From: Ophelia neglecta
Lineage: Eukaryota
Direction of reading: 5' to 3'
NCBI GenBank assembly: GCA_965285935.1
Contig: OZ260661.1
Location: 63,550,001 to 63,614,000, forward strand
Length of the DNA: 64,000 nucleotides
Position numbers and translations under genes: made by a program. The notes under the pieces were generated by a model. The model was not told the DNA's origin. It made no database searches and saw nothing but the letters and a program-made list of their open reading frames with translations. This document shows positions 14,101 to 26,100 of the stretch, one piece after another (the stretch's first letter is position 1; each line of letters opens with the position of its first letter).

Positions 14101-17100
14101 GGGCTCGATTGAGACCTTGTTTTAGGATTTTGATCGGCACCATGTCATTGATAAAACTTGTTTGTTTGAGACCGTGAAAAGATAAGTTATTGTGATCTGC
14201 TTAGGCAGTTCCGGTATGGAGATTTGGTTATTTACTTGATTCATAGGTGAACCATTGAAATAAATAAAATGGCTTACATGGACTTACTCATAAGTTTGGA
14301 CAACTGAATGCTATTGATATTAGCTTTACCTGGATTTGGATCAAAGTCTTCGGTAGACTGGTTGGCTGAGCCTAGTGCAGGGGTGTTTGCGTGTGTGTAC
14401 ATGGCTGAATGTTGAATAGAGGTGCCGCCAATCAGCGCCAATCAGCTTCAGATCCCACCACCTTGTGCTCTGGCTCTGTCAGGGCATATACCACCGATCT
14501 GCATGATTGACCAATACATAATCAGATCTCCACAGTTTGGTTCACTTGGTGCTAAGCTGATATCTGAGCTAGCAGGGAGCCCAGTACTGGAACTGGCAGT
14601 CATTGTAATCTGGCGGTTTAATTCTGAACTTCATACGCATTCTTTCCCCAACGAATTTTCATGCTAACATCTGGATATGTTATGGTTACTGACACCCTTA
14701 TGAATATGACGCGGAAGAAGACGCCTAGACAATGATTTTTATGTCACAAGAATTATTGCCAATTTTCGATATGGATGAAGCAAACCGTGCTGTGTTGTGT
14801 TTTAGTCCTTCAGTTGACAACAGAATGGATATAGCTAGTTTACCAACTAAAGGAATTACTAATCATTGGACCATGAACAAGTTTCAGACAGAAATCATGG
14901 GCTAAGAGACACTGAACCAGCTTCACCGGCAGAATCTAGTGGCATAATTTGTGTTGGGCATTGATTCATAGTTTCTCTGACTGATTCTCCACTTGTGGCA
15001 TTGTGGAGAATCCAAATAAATTTTGACCTGGCTTGGTTTGGTGTGTCTTTAAACAGGAAAAAGTATTTTCTACCAATTCTTATTACCCCTATTACTGTCA
15101 TTACAATGAAACAAACATTTGTTACACTTATAAAGGATGCTGTTTAATTAATATAAATCACATATTTAACAGAATACTAGTATAATTATCAAGTGCAAGT
15201 CTATCCAATGTTAGAATGAAACATTATTGAGAGTCAATTTATAACATCAAGTCAATGTGGCATATGTCAAGAAATTGACCTCTTAATCTAATTAAAATGG
15301 CATCCAAAGAACCTAGGCCCAAGAGCCGCAGTGGCAAGAAAAAGTCTCCGTCCCCGGATTACGCTGCCATGTCTGAAACCTCAGGGTCATCAAGGTATTC
15401 AGAAAGCCCCAAAGTGAAAAAGAAAAAAGTGCGAAGCCCTGCTCTAGATGTGACGCCCAGCTCCGACTCGGTCTCCCCATTGTCCAGCCCCAAAGTGAAA
15501 AGAAAAAGCAAAAGCAAGGACAGGAGTGCAACTGCTTCCCCATCCATTAAGTCAGATCGCGAGGGAAGCCCAAGTAGGGGGAGGGCAGAGTCAGTGGCTA
15601 CAACTCGAGTGTCAAGTGCCAGCAAGTCTAATCCCAATAAGAAAACCATGCTCAAATACATGATACACGAAGTCCGGGAGCTGAAAAAACAACTAGATCC
15701 AAATGCTCCTGACATTCACGTAAGACGTCGTAAAGGGGGTACTCACTCGCCCTCCAGAGAATCCCAAGCAGCAGGCTCAGTGCTTGTCCTCACTGAGTCT
15801 GATATTGAAGAGCAAGAACACAAACATGAAAAAGTGCATGAAAAAACTAGGGAAGTGATAAAAACTGAAGATGGTGAGAGAATAATTGAGAAAACCTACT
15901 CCAAGAGGGCTGAGAGCCATATATTGCGGAGATCCCCAGGTCCTCAAGAGGGAAGCCATAGTCCATTGTCTAGACGAAGAATGTTTCCTGCTGCTTCAAT
16001 GGAGGAGACTGGGGATACGGGGACGTCCCCTGTTGAAGTGCAGCTTCTTAATCAAACGTTTCCTCCCACTCGGCTGGATCACAGAGGCAAGACCCCTCCT
16101 GGAAGAGAAAGGCTTAACAGAACTACAGCAGGCATATTAAGAACTCCTTTGCCGATTGTGCAAATCTCCCATGAAGGCTCAGACTACTCACCACAGTATC
16201 TAATTGATGCTCTGAAAAAGTATGTGTTTCTTCATACATTAGTTTCAGTTTCAATTTTTAGCATGATGGGTACTAATCGTAATCAGATTCGATAGAACTT
16301 GAAAGCTATAAATGACATATTTGATTAAGCCAAAATGAATGGTAATTTTCCACTCGGTTCTTTTTTCCCTGACTCCACAGTAGGGAAGGGCCATTCTTCA
16401 GTTATGTATTGATGTAAATGACCCCATGGGGGTGTCTTTTACAACCATACAAAGGTACTAAATTTAAATATACAACAATTGATCAGGTCATCTGACTTTA
16501 CTTTTTTAGCTCCAATTTCAGCACATGTTTGATAGTAAGCTGGTAGCAGGCATTCGACTGTTCAATTCAACCCACCCTTGCACTGTATCATGTTTACATC
16601 TAAATCCTTAAACATTGGTACAGTTCTTCTTGACTAGGGGTGAAATATATTGATTATATATTATATTTCAAAGTCAAATAGGTTGATCTCTTAGCCAACA
16701 TTTTCCTTTCTACTGGCATTTGGCTTGTTAAAGCTGCTGCAAAATGAGTTTATGGAGGATTTATTTTTTTGGCTTGTCAGTAAGCTTTTTATGGTATTAA
16801 AGTTGAAACACATTCTTTACAATAAATGATTAAACACATTCAAGAAAATGATGGACTACAAGGTTTTGAGAGTTGTTGTTGCAAGTTATGAGTTATTTAT
16901 GCTGAATTTAGAATTGTATATGTTCATGCTAAAACTTGCAAGTCAATATTTTTAATGAATATGGTGATTTTGTTTTTAAACAGAGAGGGAAGCAGGGGAT
17001 TGTGTGTGATAATATATTGTACAATATTAAATAAGCTTCAAAGCTTTTAGAGAAGTCCCCTTGCTGACAGTCATACAGGAATGTATCAGAGAATACCTTG

Positions 17101-20100
17101 ATCAGCATGTCTTGCTAAATCAACATCAACCAATGGTAGCTGTGTGACATAGTCACCCTGGATCTACACGATGTGAACAGATCTTTATACCTAAGTTTTC
17201 ATATCTTAGTGTTGTTTGTACATTTAGAAAAGTTTCCTTTTTTGATACTGATCGATAATAGACTTCTCATCATACATGTGCTACCATGTCAAAATGCTAA
17301 TGGATCTGCAATCGAACATAATTTTGTGAATTGTTCGTTTTGATATAATGCACCTGTTACCTTTTTATCCAGGATATTTACTTATTGTTTGTCTAAAGGG
17401 ATCAAAGAATTGAACATACAAGGTTGGCTGTATAATATATATGTTCATGTACAGTCTCAATGGCCCACTCCAAAAGATGATTGCCTATAATGAAGCAGTT
17501 AAAAAGAAATAAATCCCTTTTGTTTAGTGAATTCGATGGCTTGATAACAGTAAATGCACTTTGATTTATTCTTTGCAATAAAACAAACAATATTTTTATA
17601 GGCTACTTTTGGTCTCTACCTTCATATTATTTTTACATACGCAAATCCAATTGAATGGTTACAAAAGTTCTAGATACAAGTTCAAACATGAGAATCTCTT
17701 ATCATAGAATAGTTTTATTCATTCAAGACCATGAACTGCATTATAAATACCATGGATCCATTTCAGTTAGATTCAGTTTTATTCATATTTTGTATACATG
17801 TATCTATCTAAGCCTAAGAAACTAAACTCCTAGTAAAACCTTAAGTTTACCAAAAGATAATTAACAAAGGTTTATTATGTATATTCATCTATGATATTTT
17901 TCTGGTGTTATGTTTTATTAGATCTGCCACTTTCAAGGAGTCACTTTTAAGAAACAATGTCCACAAACAAAAATGAGAATCCGCTGTTTTTGCTTACAGA
18001 CGCTTTGGCATAGAAGTAAAAGATTTTGGGAGCAGTTGGCGAGATGGCTACGCCTTCAATGCAATGATCCATAACATTCGTCCAGACCTCATAGACATGG
18101 CTGCTCTACCACAAAACCCAAACAGAACCAATTTGGAGAATGCCTTTTCCACTGCTGAGGATCACCTCGGCATTCCAAGACTGCTTGATCCAGAAGGTGG
18201 GACAGATGAATCCTTAATCCAACTTGATTTGAATTTCAATATTTAATCAAGCTTAATTCAGGCTAAATTCATTTAATTCAGATAAAGTTTATTATACAAG
18301 ATTTGCTCTTCCCTATAAATGCTTGGTGCTTGCTTTCAGATTTGGATGTAGCCAAGCCAGATGAAAAGTCCGTTATGACTTATGTGGCCCAGTTCCTAGA
18401 AAAGTTTCCCGACCCTGATGCTGATTTTCCAGATACCAAAGGTGGCTCCAAGGTAGAGTGTGATATTACCATTGATTGTATTTACCAAATCATTTTATTA
18501 TGGTTTTAGTAGATGAGATTGACTTAAAATTTATCTTTTCAAATTGATTTTGAAGAATTAAATGCTAAATCAGACATTTTGTTTTTATTTGAAAAGTTTT
18601 AGGATATTCATAGTTCCAATATACTATGTTTGCTTTGCCTTTCCCTTGAAAATGTTAAATTTTATGGTTTGTCTGTTTGGTAGCTGTCCATTTTTATCTA
18701 TTTTCCCCACAACTCTTAAATATCATTTGTCTGTACAGCCTGCTATACTTGTAAGCAGTAAATGGGATGATGAACTACAGATTGGAGGGGGGAACAATTT
18801 AAGTGTTGGACAACCTTCTTCATTTTTACAAGCACCAGATGCTAAATTTACACAAGTTGGGAAAAAGAATCCCAAGCTGCAGCGCAACCTGTTAGAGGGT
18901 GGTCATGAGCTGATAGCCTTTCACAGTCCAACCCTGGAGCGTAGACAGTTTAGAACAGATCTAAGGGCAGCACTGAGTGCCGGAGCCTCCCCACTAGGCT
19001 CTCCACAAGGCACACCCCCAGTACAGAGGAGAATGTTACCTTCTTCAGACGAGTTCAGGTCCAGTATGGACAGCCTGAGCTCAGCTCCAGATGAATTATT
19101 GAGCTCACTCGACCCTGTTGAAGCCGCCAGACTTCGAAGGATGGAAAGAAGGCGCCATGAAAGGTTTCATCTGACTCCCTCAACAGAAGACATTCACCTG
19201 CAAAAAGCAGCATCAAAAAGCCATGAGTCACAACACATTGAAGGACATAGGCACAGGAGACAAAGGACCAGACAGCTTCTGGTTCCTGGAGAGGAGGAAC
19301 AAAGAAAGTTAAGTTTACCCCCAGAACTTGATACTGTCTCTCGTGGATCTGAATCTCAAAAGCCAGAAAGGCCATTGTCTCCTGAGGAACCAACAGAAGT
19401 GGGGGGAGCCAGACCCAAATCAAAGAGACACAGGAGGGTAAGAAGGCGATCTGACCAACACAAGGGAGAACCAGAAATGGACTGTTCCACACCTGATAGA
19501 TATACAGTTCATAAGAACATTGGCCAATTGATTCCTGGATCTATTGAACATTCAGAGCCTAAACTAACTGAATCCTCTCAATTAAAAGATACTATAATAA
19601 CTTCAGAACAATCAGTTTGGGTAGAACATTCCGAATGGCAGTTGACAAAGTCAACACCACAGAAGATAACTGTAAGTGCACTACAAAGTATGAAACTGAG
19701 AAAATATCCATCACTGGAAGATTTTCAGTCTTTGAAGGAGAAAGCAGAGTTGGCACCCAAAGGTAGCCTTCAGGCCTTGTCTCTTGCGATATTTGAATTA
19801 AACAACCTGAAACCAGATAGGACCAAAGCACCTGAGCAGCCAAAAGAACCTAGTTGTCAATTAAGGCCCTCAAACTATGACTCTTCTAATAAAGTAACTA
19901 CACAATTATATGTTGGACCTTTAGACGCATCAAGCTGGAGATTGTATCCTACCATGGCAGATATTCAGTCTTTGAAAGAAAAAGCTCAAATTGCCCCTGC
20001 TGACAGTCTCCAGTCATTGGCCCTGACTGTTGTAGAACTGCCATCAGAGGGTTATTTGAAAAGTAAGTCAAGTGAAGAACTGTTTCTAGAGCAGCCAGGT

Positions 20101-23100
20101 CAAAAAAGACCAACAGAGACTGTAGTAGTTAAAGGAACAACACTGCAAAAGGAGGAATCTACATGTACTGGTAAAATGGATGCTGAAGCAACACAAGCTG
20201 AAAACTTAACAGTAGATGTTCTTCTAGAACCTGCTTCAAGTCTAAAGAAAGATATTGATATGACAGCTAAAGTAGATTGTGATATAAAATCTGGAAAGCT
20301 AACTCAAGAAGCCCCTGATGACAGGTTCCAGTCAGTTCCTGGACTGGATCTGCCAGCAGATGGTAATCTTGATGAGAGTTATAAAACTGAGTCTCTGATC
20401 TTAGAGCAGCTGGCTCAAAATAGACCATCAAGTCCATCTGAGAATATAATTCCAAAAGCACACATGACAGAGGATACCAGCAACAATGGTGATTCTGTAC
20501 ACCAGGCAGAGGATGTGGTAGAGGGTGAGAATAAATTAATCTCTCTGAATACAGAAAAGGATGATGATGTGACCTTGAAAGATGTGGATGATGCAGAATC
20601 TCTGCAGAATGCTCAAGATGCTCCTGGTGAAGAACTCCAGTCTTTTGACCTTGTTGTAGGAGAACTGCCAGGTGAGGTTGATCTCAACAGAAGTGATATT
20701 ACTGAGGAACAGCTGGAGGAAAATAAAATGCCCGAGTATTCAGACATTAATGGTAAAAAGTCACTGTTGGAAAGGGATACATGCAAAACTGATATTTCTG
20801 GAAATCAGGGGGAACAGACAAAGATGGATGTTGATACAGGGAGTTTTGTTACTTTGGAGAAGGATGCTGACTTAGCATCTAGACATGTGGATCAAAGTAA
20901 CCAGGCCATGAAAGAGAGTACCCAACCCGAGCCTGAGCAGACACAGGGCATTAAGGAGGAACTCCCTACCGAGGCAGTTTTAACCAAGGGCAAAACTGAG
21001 GAAAATCTCTCAATCGAAGGGGGTTTAACCAAGAGCAGTGGTATTGAAGAATTCCTTCAACAGGAAACGCTTCCAAATCTGCCAACAAAACCATCTGAAG
21101 TTAGGAGAGCAGAAGTTCACAATGTGGAGGGTACAGACAAAGCTGACAAATCAGGATATGAGGCTGATACAGTTGCTGAAAGAAAGGGAGAAGCTCAAAC
21201 TATTGAGAGAGGTAAGGAACCAGATATTTTAAGCATCCAAGACAGAGAAACTTTGGACAGTTCTGTATTGATAAAAGTGCCATCACTGGATTCTGGCGTG
21301 GAAACAGAACAAGACCAAGGCCATGTTTGTGTAGAGAAGCCTGAGGTCAGTCAGCCTGAGGACCATGTATCCAGTGAGTTTGAGTTTCTGCGGATTGCTG
21401 ATGATGATGAGGTGGCTGTAGACTCTGGTAGTGAGGAGAGGAGAGCAAACCTGGGTTACCAAGTAATCCAGACGCCAGAGAGACACAAGGTTCTTCCACT
21501 TCTCTTATTGAGCTTGTTGCATCCAGTTAGTGGAATGCCCCTCTCCCATTGGACTAACATCCAGCCTAGCTATATTAAGGCAACCAGCATTATAGCTGTA
21601 CTACATTAGAATGTCTTGAAATGTACTGCAAGATATAACCATCTTTCTGTGATCTTGTACTGTTACATTAGTACCATACATGTCCACCCTATCATCCTTG
21701 GTTTAATATGTGTTCTTCTTCCATTTTTGAGTGAGTTTTCTGAATTTCCCTGTAATTATTACTCAAAGGAACTGATCTTTATTGAGTAATATAACATTTT
21801 ATTGCAGGTCCCCTGAGTGTTTCTTATTTTATTATGTTGTTAATTAATTCTTTTGATTCTTTGCATTGGAATTTCTCCTGACCATTGCATGATATTTGAC
21901 AACATCATTAATGGTGAGACTTCCTTTTGAGATTGTGTGTGCAGTGTATTATTGTTTCCTATTTAAGACTCATTCTCGTCTGTCCTGTCTGATTTAGTCT
22001 CATCTGTCCTGTCTGATTTAATCGTGCTTCTCAATTTCAAAAAAGTTGGATAAAAGCCCTTTTTAGAATAAAGGTCACCTATTAGGTACCTATTTGCAGC
22101 CATGATTAATGATTGTTGTAGATGTACATGTACTGTATATTAAGCTTATAACGATTGGCTAAGTGATTACTTTTAAAAGAAATGTTTTCTGCCATCCAAA
22201 CTTTGCACTTGCTCTGTTGTAAAAGGACTAAATTATGTAAACATGTTCCTTTCTTCCACACAGTGTATATATTGGTTTTCCCAGGGAGCTCCTTGTACAG
22301 TGACACATTATGTTAGGTCCCTGTTGTCTTCATGTTTGCTGAATCAATATCAAACCCGCAACCGTCAGCTTCCCTAGCAAGCTCCATTTCTCTGATCTGA
22401 TTATTAACACTCAGACATTAGACCTCTGCATCAATATTTTATATTAGTGATTTATTGTTCACAAATATAATATTTGACATTGCCAGAATATTTGTAAATA
22501 GCAGATTACCACTGAAGTGTTGTTTGTTACTAATATTTAAGGAATGCCATCTTTAATAGATAGATAACAAAAGTTGGTTAAAGCATGAATGAAATAACTT
22601 TACTGTTATAGAAGTTAATTGAAAACAAAAAAAATTGTCAGAATTAGTCAATAAACATTTAGTACTTATTTTACATTTTCAAAACCATTTAATTAAAGTA
22701 TACTGGTGATACTAAATTATGCATATTTCAGTTGATCACATTGACTTAGTTAATTGGTAAATTGTCAGCTTTACAAACCTAGTTTGTTTGTTTACAGCTT
22801 GTTGTGCAGGTGGATGCAGCACGTCGGGAAGCTCTGAAGGAACAAAAGGAGTATGATGAACTTATTATGTGGCTAGACCAAGCAGACAACTTACTGAAGA
22901 TAGTAGACAGCCCTGTCCATGACAGGCAAGAAGAGTATAAGGTTAGCTGACCACTTGAATTATTATTTGTTTGTTGTGCATATGTACATGAATTCTTCAT
23001 TTTGCTACAATGGCCATATAAATGTTTTTTTTTATAGAACAACTAATGGCTGTATATAAGGTCAAGCATGGGGTGGAGGGCTATAGAGATTCTAGAAAAT

Positions 23101-26100
23101 AAATGTTAGTTTTCTAATTTGGCTATAACCATTTGGTATTGTAAAGGCTAAAAAAATCATGTTTTTCTTTTAATCAGTACAGGGGTTCATGCAATGTAGG
23201 GCCTCCCCTAAATCTAAGGAAACATGGCCCTACATTGCAGGTGGCCCTCCATGGTAGGGACTTAAAGCCCTTCATCAAAGGGACTACTGTACTGGGTTTA
23301 AATATTGTGACAACAAACACTGTTTTGGCCAACAATAGTTTTATATATTAAATTGAAGTGTTAATCAGCAACTAAAGTTTTTATTCTTATTTTCTCTGAG
23401 TTTATATTTGACAGGGTTTTGGGTCCAGACTGAGGATGTGGGGTGGGGGGGGGGGGGGCATTCAAATCTATAAATCTATATTCGTTTTATTTGGGCCTAG
23501 TTGGTGAGTATTACATAGTATTAATAATAGGCCATGGTACAGTGGTCCTAGTTAATGGCCAGTCTGTCTCATTGTAGTGTACGTTTTAAGTGTTTGTATA
23601 TAGTGAAGGATGAATGCTAGGTGATTTATACCCTTCTCCCACGTCAAACAAATTCAGTGATCTGATAATAGAGCTTGTGAGCTAGCCAAGTGAAGTCCTC
23701 TTGCTAACACATCAAATATCACTCACTCCCTGGCCTTGCTCCAAATCCCACCAATGGTGTTCAAATGTTCTAAGCCAATGTAATAACTGTACTGTGTGCT
23801 GGAACTATCTGGGAGTCTGTGGGCTGAGCGGCCAGTAAACAAACCCCACCCAACATTTGGCTGTCAGTCTTACCTGACATAGCCAGAAGGCAGGCACAGC
23901 TTGATCAGAACTCCAGCCTGAAAAAATAGGTGAAACTGATTGAGAATCAGACCTTGACATTCTCACTGAATCCTACAACCTTTACCCAGCTCAATCAGAC
24001 TGTTTGTTGTTTTGATGAGCAGCAACAGTGGTATATTTATGGCAGCAAGTACATGAGCATATTTAGTCTGAAGAAAATGGTTGCCACCAGATTGTAAAAA
24101 CATATTATTATTATTATTATTGATATTAATATCAATATTTATATTTGTAGTTGTCTAATCTACCCTGGTTTCCCATGAATCCCCACCATGGTTATGAACA
24201 AAATTTTCTTATTTGATAAAAAGAGCTGGTGACAAAAAATGACACTTTTCCGGGGGAGCCAGGATAGACTGAACTGTATCAGCAGCAGAAGATTGTATTA
24301 TGCCTCATTACAGATACATGTAATGATATGCAGGTGTTGGCCTGTCAGGTATGGCACAGTGCTAGCAGGGTATCCCTGGCCACCTGGCAGCCAATGTCAA
24401 CATCCACTCAGCCCTCTGGACACTGGCCAGGCCTATTGATACCAGCCAGATGTTTGTCCAGTGAATGCACCTAATCAATTAAGTGGTAGTAAGACTTGTT
24501 GGTTTATTGCTGACAAATAGCCTGTTAGATATTTTACGCTTGTCAAGATCAAGACTTCCTAGTGATTCTAGCTTACATATATGTAGTTCTCCTCTTATTA
24601 ATGGGACACAGAAATCAATTAGTTCTGGTCCAGAGGCAGACACATACTAAGAGACAGGGTACAGGTACTAGTGTTTACTAATTTCCAGTCAATGTAACTT
24701 ACCCCCAATGAAGGAAGTCACCCTACCCTGAGGGGTCACCTACCCTGTGGTCTGACCAGCACACAAGACATGTCTGTCAGCTTCAACAATATTATTATTT
24801 ACCTGACCCTTAAACTCATTTGCAGCACCTTGAAGTGTACCAACTGAGCTGGACTTCCAATTATTTCACTTCCTATCTTGATCTAGATTCAAAATTGTTT
24901 AAAGAAGGCTCACTACATTTGAACTGACCAACCAGTTAAGGTTGGAGCTTGGTTCAGAGCAGTATGTTTAATTTTCACCTCTTCATGGATAATGTAGTGG
25001 TATAAAATGCCATTCAATAATTGCCATGGATATAATGTACAAGAGGGCTGAATGAATTGCAAATGGATTTTTATTCAGCAGGTAATTTTTTAAGGGATAC
25101 CGAGAGCATTTCAGGACATTTATGTGAGTGCTAATGAAGTGGATATTGGAATTAGCAGCTGGTGCTAATTGTTCTTAATCTATTGATGAATTTCTATAGT
25201 TTCAATGGAGAGAAAAGAAGGGAATGAATGTTGTTTTACTTGGTAGTTAGCTTTGGATCCTGCTACATTCTCAGAGTTGAGTGGCCTGGGTGTTAACTTT
25301 TCCTGTTTCAGGTTTCTACCATGATTAAGATTAAGAGAGCTATTTATTTTATATAATAGTCAACCCAATTTTAAATTATGGTTCTGTCAATTGTGACCTT
25401 CATACATTTATTTCTCATGCCTCATGGAGTATGTAAAGGTAGTCAGCCTTCCTCCCTGGAAAGGAGAAAGTCAGTTGCAAGTTTGTTGCAAAAATCAAAA
25501 TCAAGGAAATGTGATAAACCTCACACATGTACAAGTAAATGTGACTACCAATTTGATGTGACTGTTTTGCCATTTCCACAGCAATATTTGGCATTCCAAG
25601 AAGACTTACGATTAAGGTGTGATGTTTATGAGCGCTTCCGTATCAAAGGAGAGTCCAAGACTTTTTTAGTGATAACCGAGGACAAGTGGACCTATCTTCA
25701 GCAGCGATGGAGCTATGTCAGTCAGCAGACACGAGTCTGGCAGTGGAAATTGGACAGCAATCTTCCAGGCCGACTTGGCCAGATTGGCGACTGGCTCTAT
25801 CGGGCTGAGGAGATGATCAAAACCGAGATACACTATGCAGACAAGCATGAAGATACAGTGGAAATCATTCAAACTAAACTTGAAGACATTGGAGTAAGTT
25901 CTAGTTTTTATAATACATATTTATATATTTTGTCCACTGCTGCATCATTTATTTGCTAACTATTGACAAACAGATCCCTGGAGGGGTGGCTTTCATTTTA
26001 ACTTGTCCTAATTTAGACTTTCTCAATTGTTATAGGAATTCTTCAAAGATCTGGAAGGTACCAACCAGGAGTTTCTCCAAATCAAGCAGGCTGGTACTTA

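Noticed and set aside
18562-18738. Hydrophobic N-terminus of the 1015-aa ORF as a signal peptide or transmembrane segment of a separate gene
   Set aside because: It is the T-rich intron and pyrimidine tract upstream of the acceptor at 18739; the hydrophobicity reflects base composition.
25378-25581. Signal-peptide-like ORF extension upstream of exon 25582
   Set aside because: Most simply intron read-through ahead of a strong acceptor; cannot be excluded as an internal start without transcripts.
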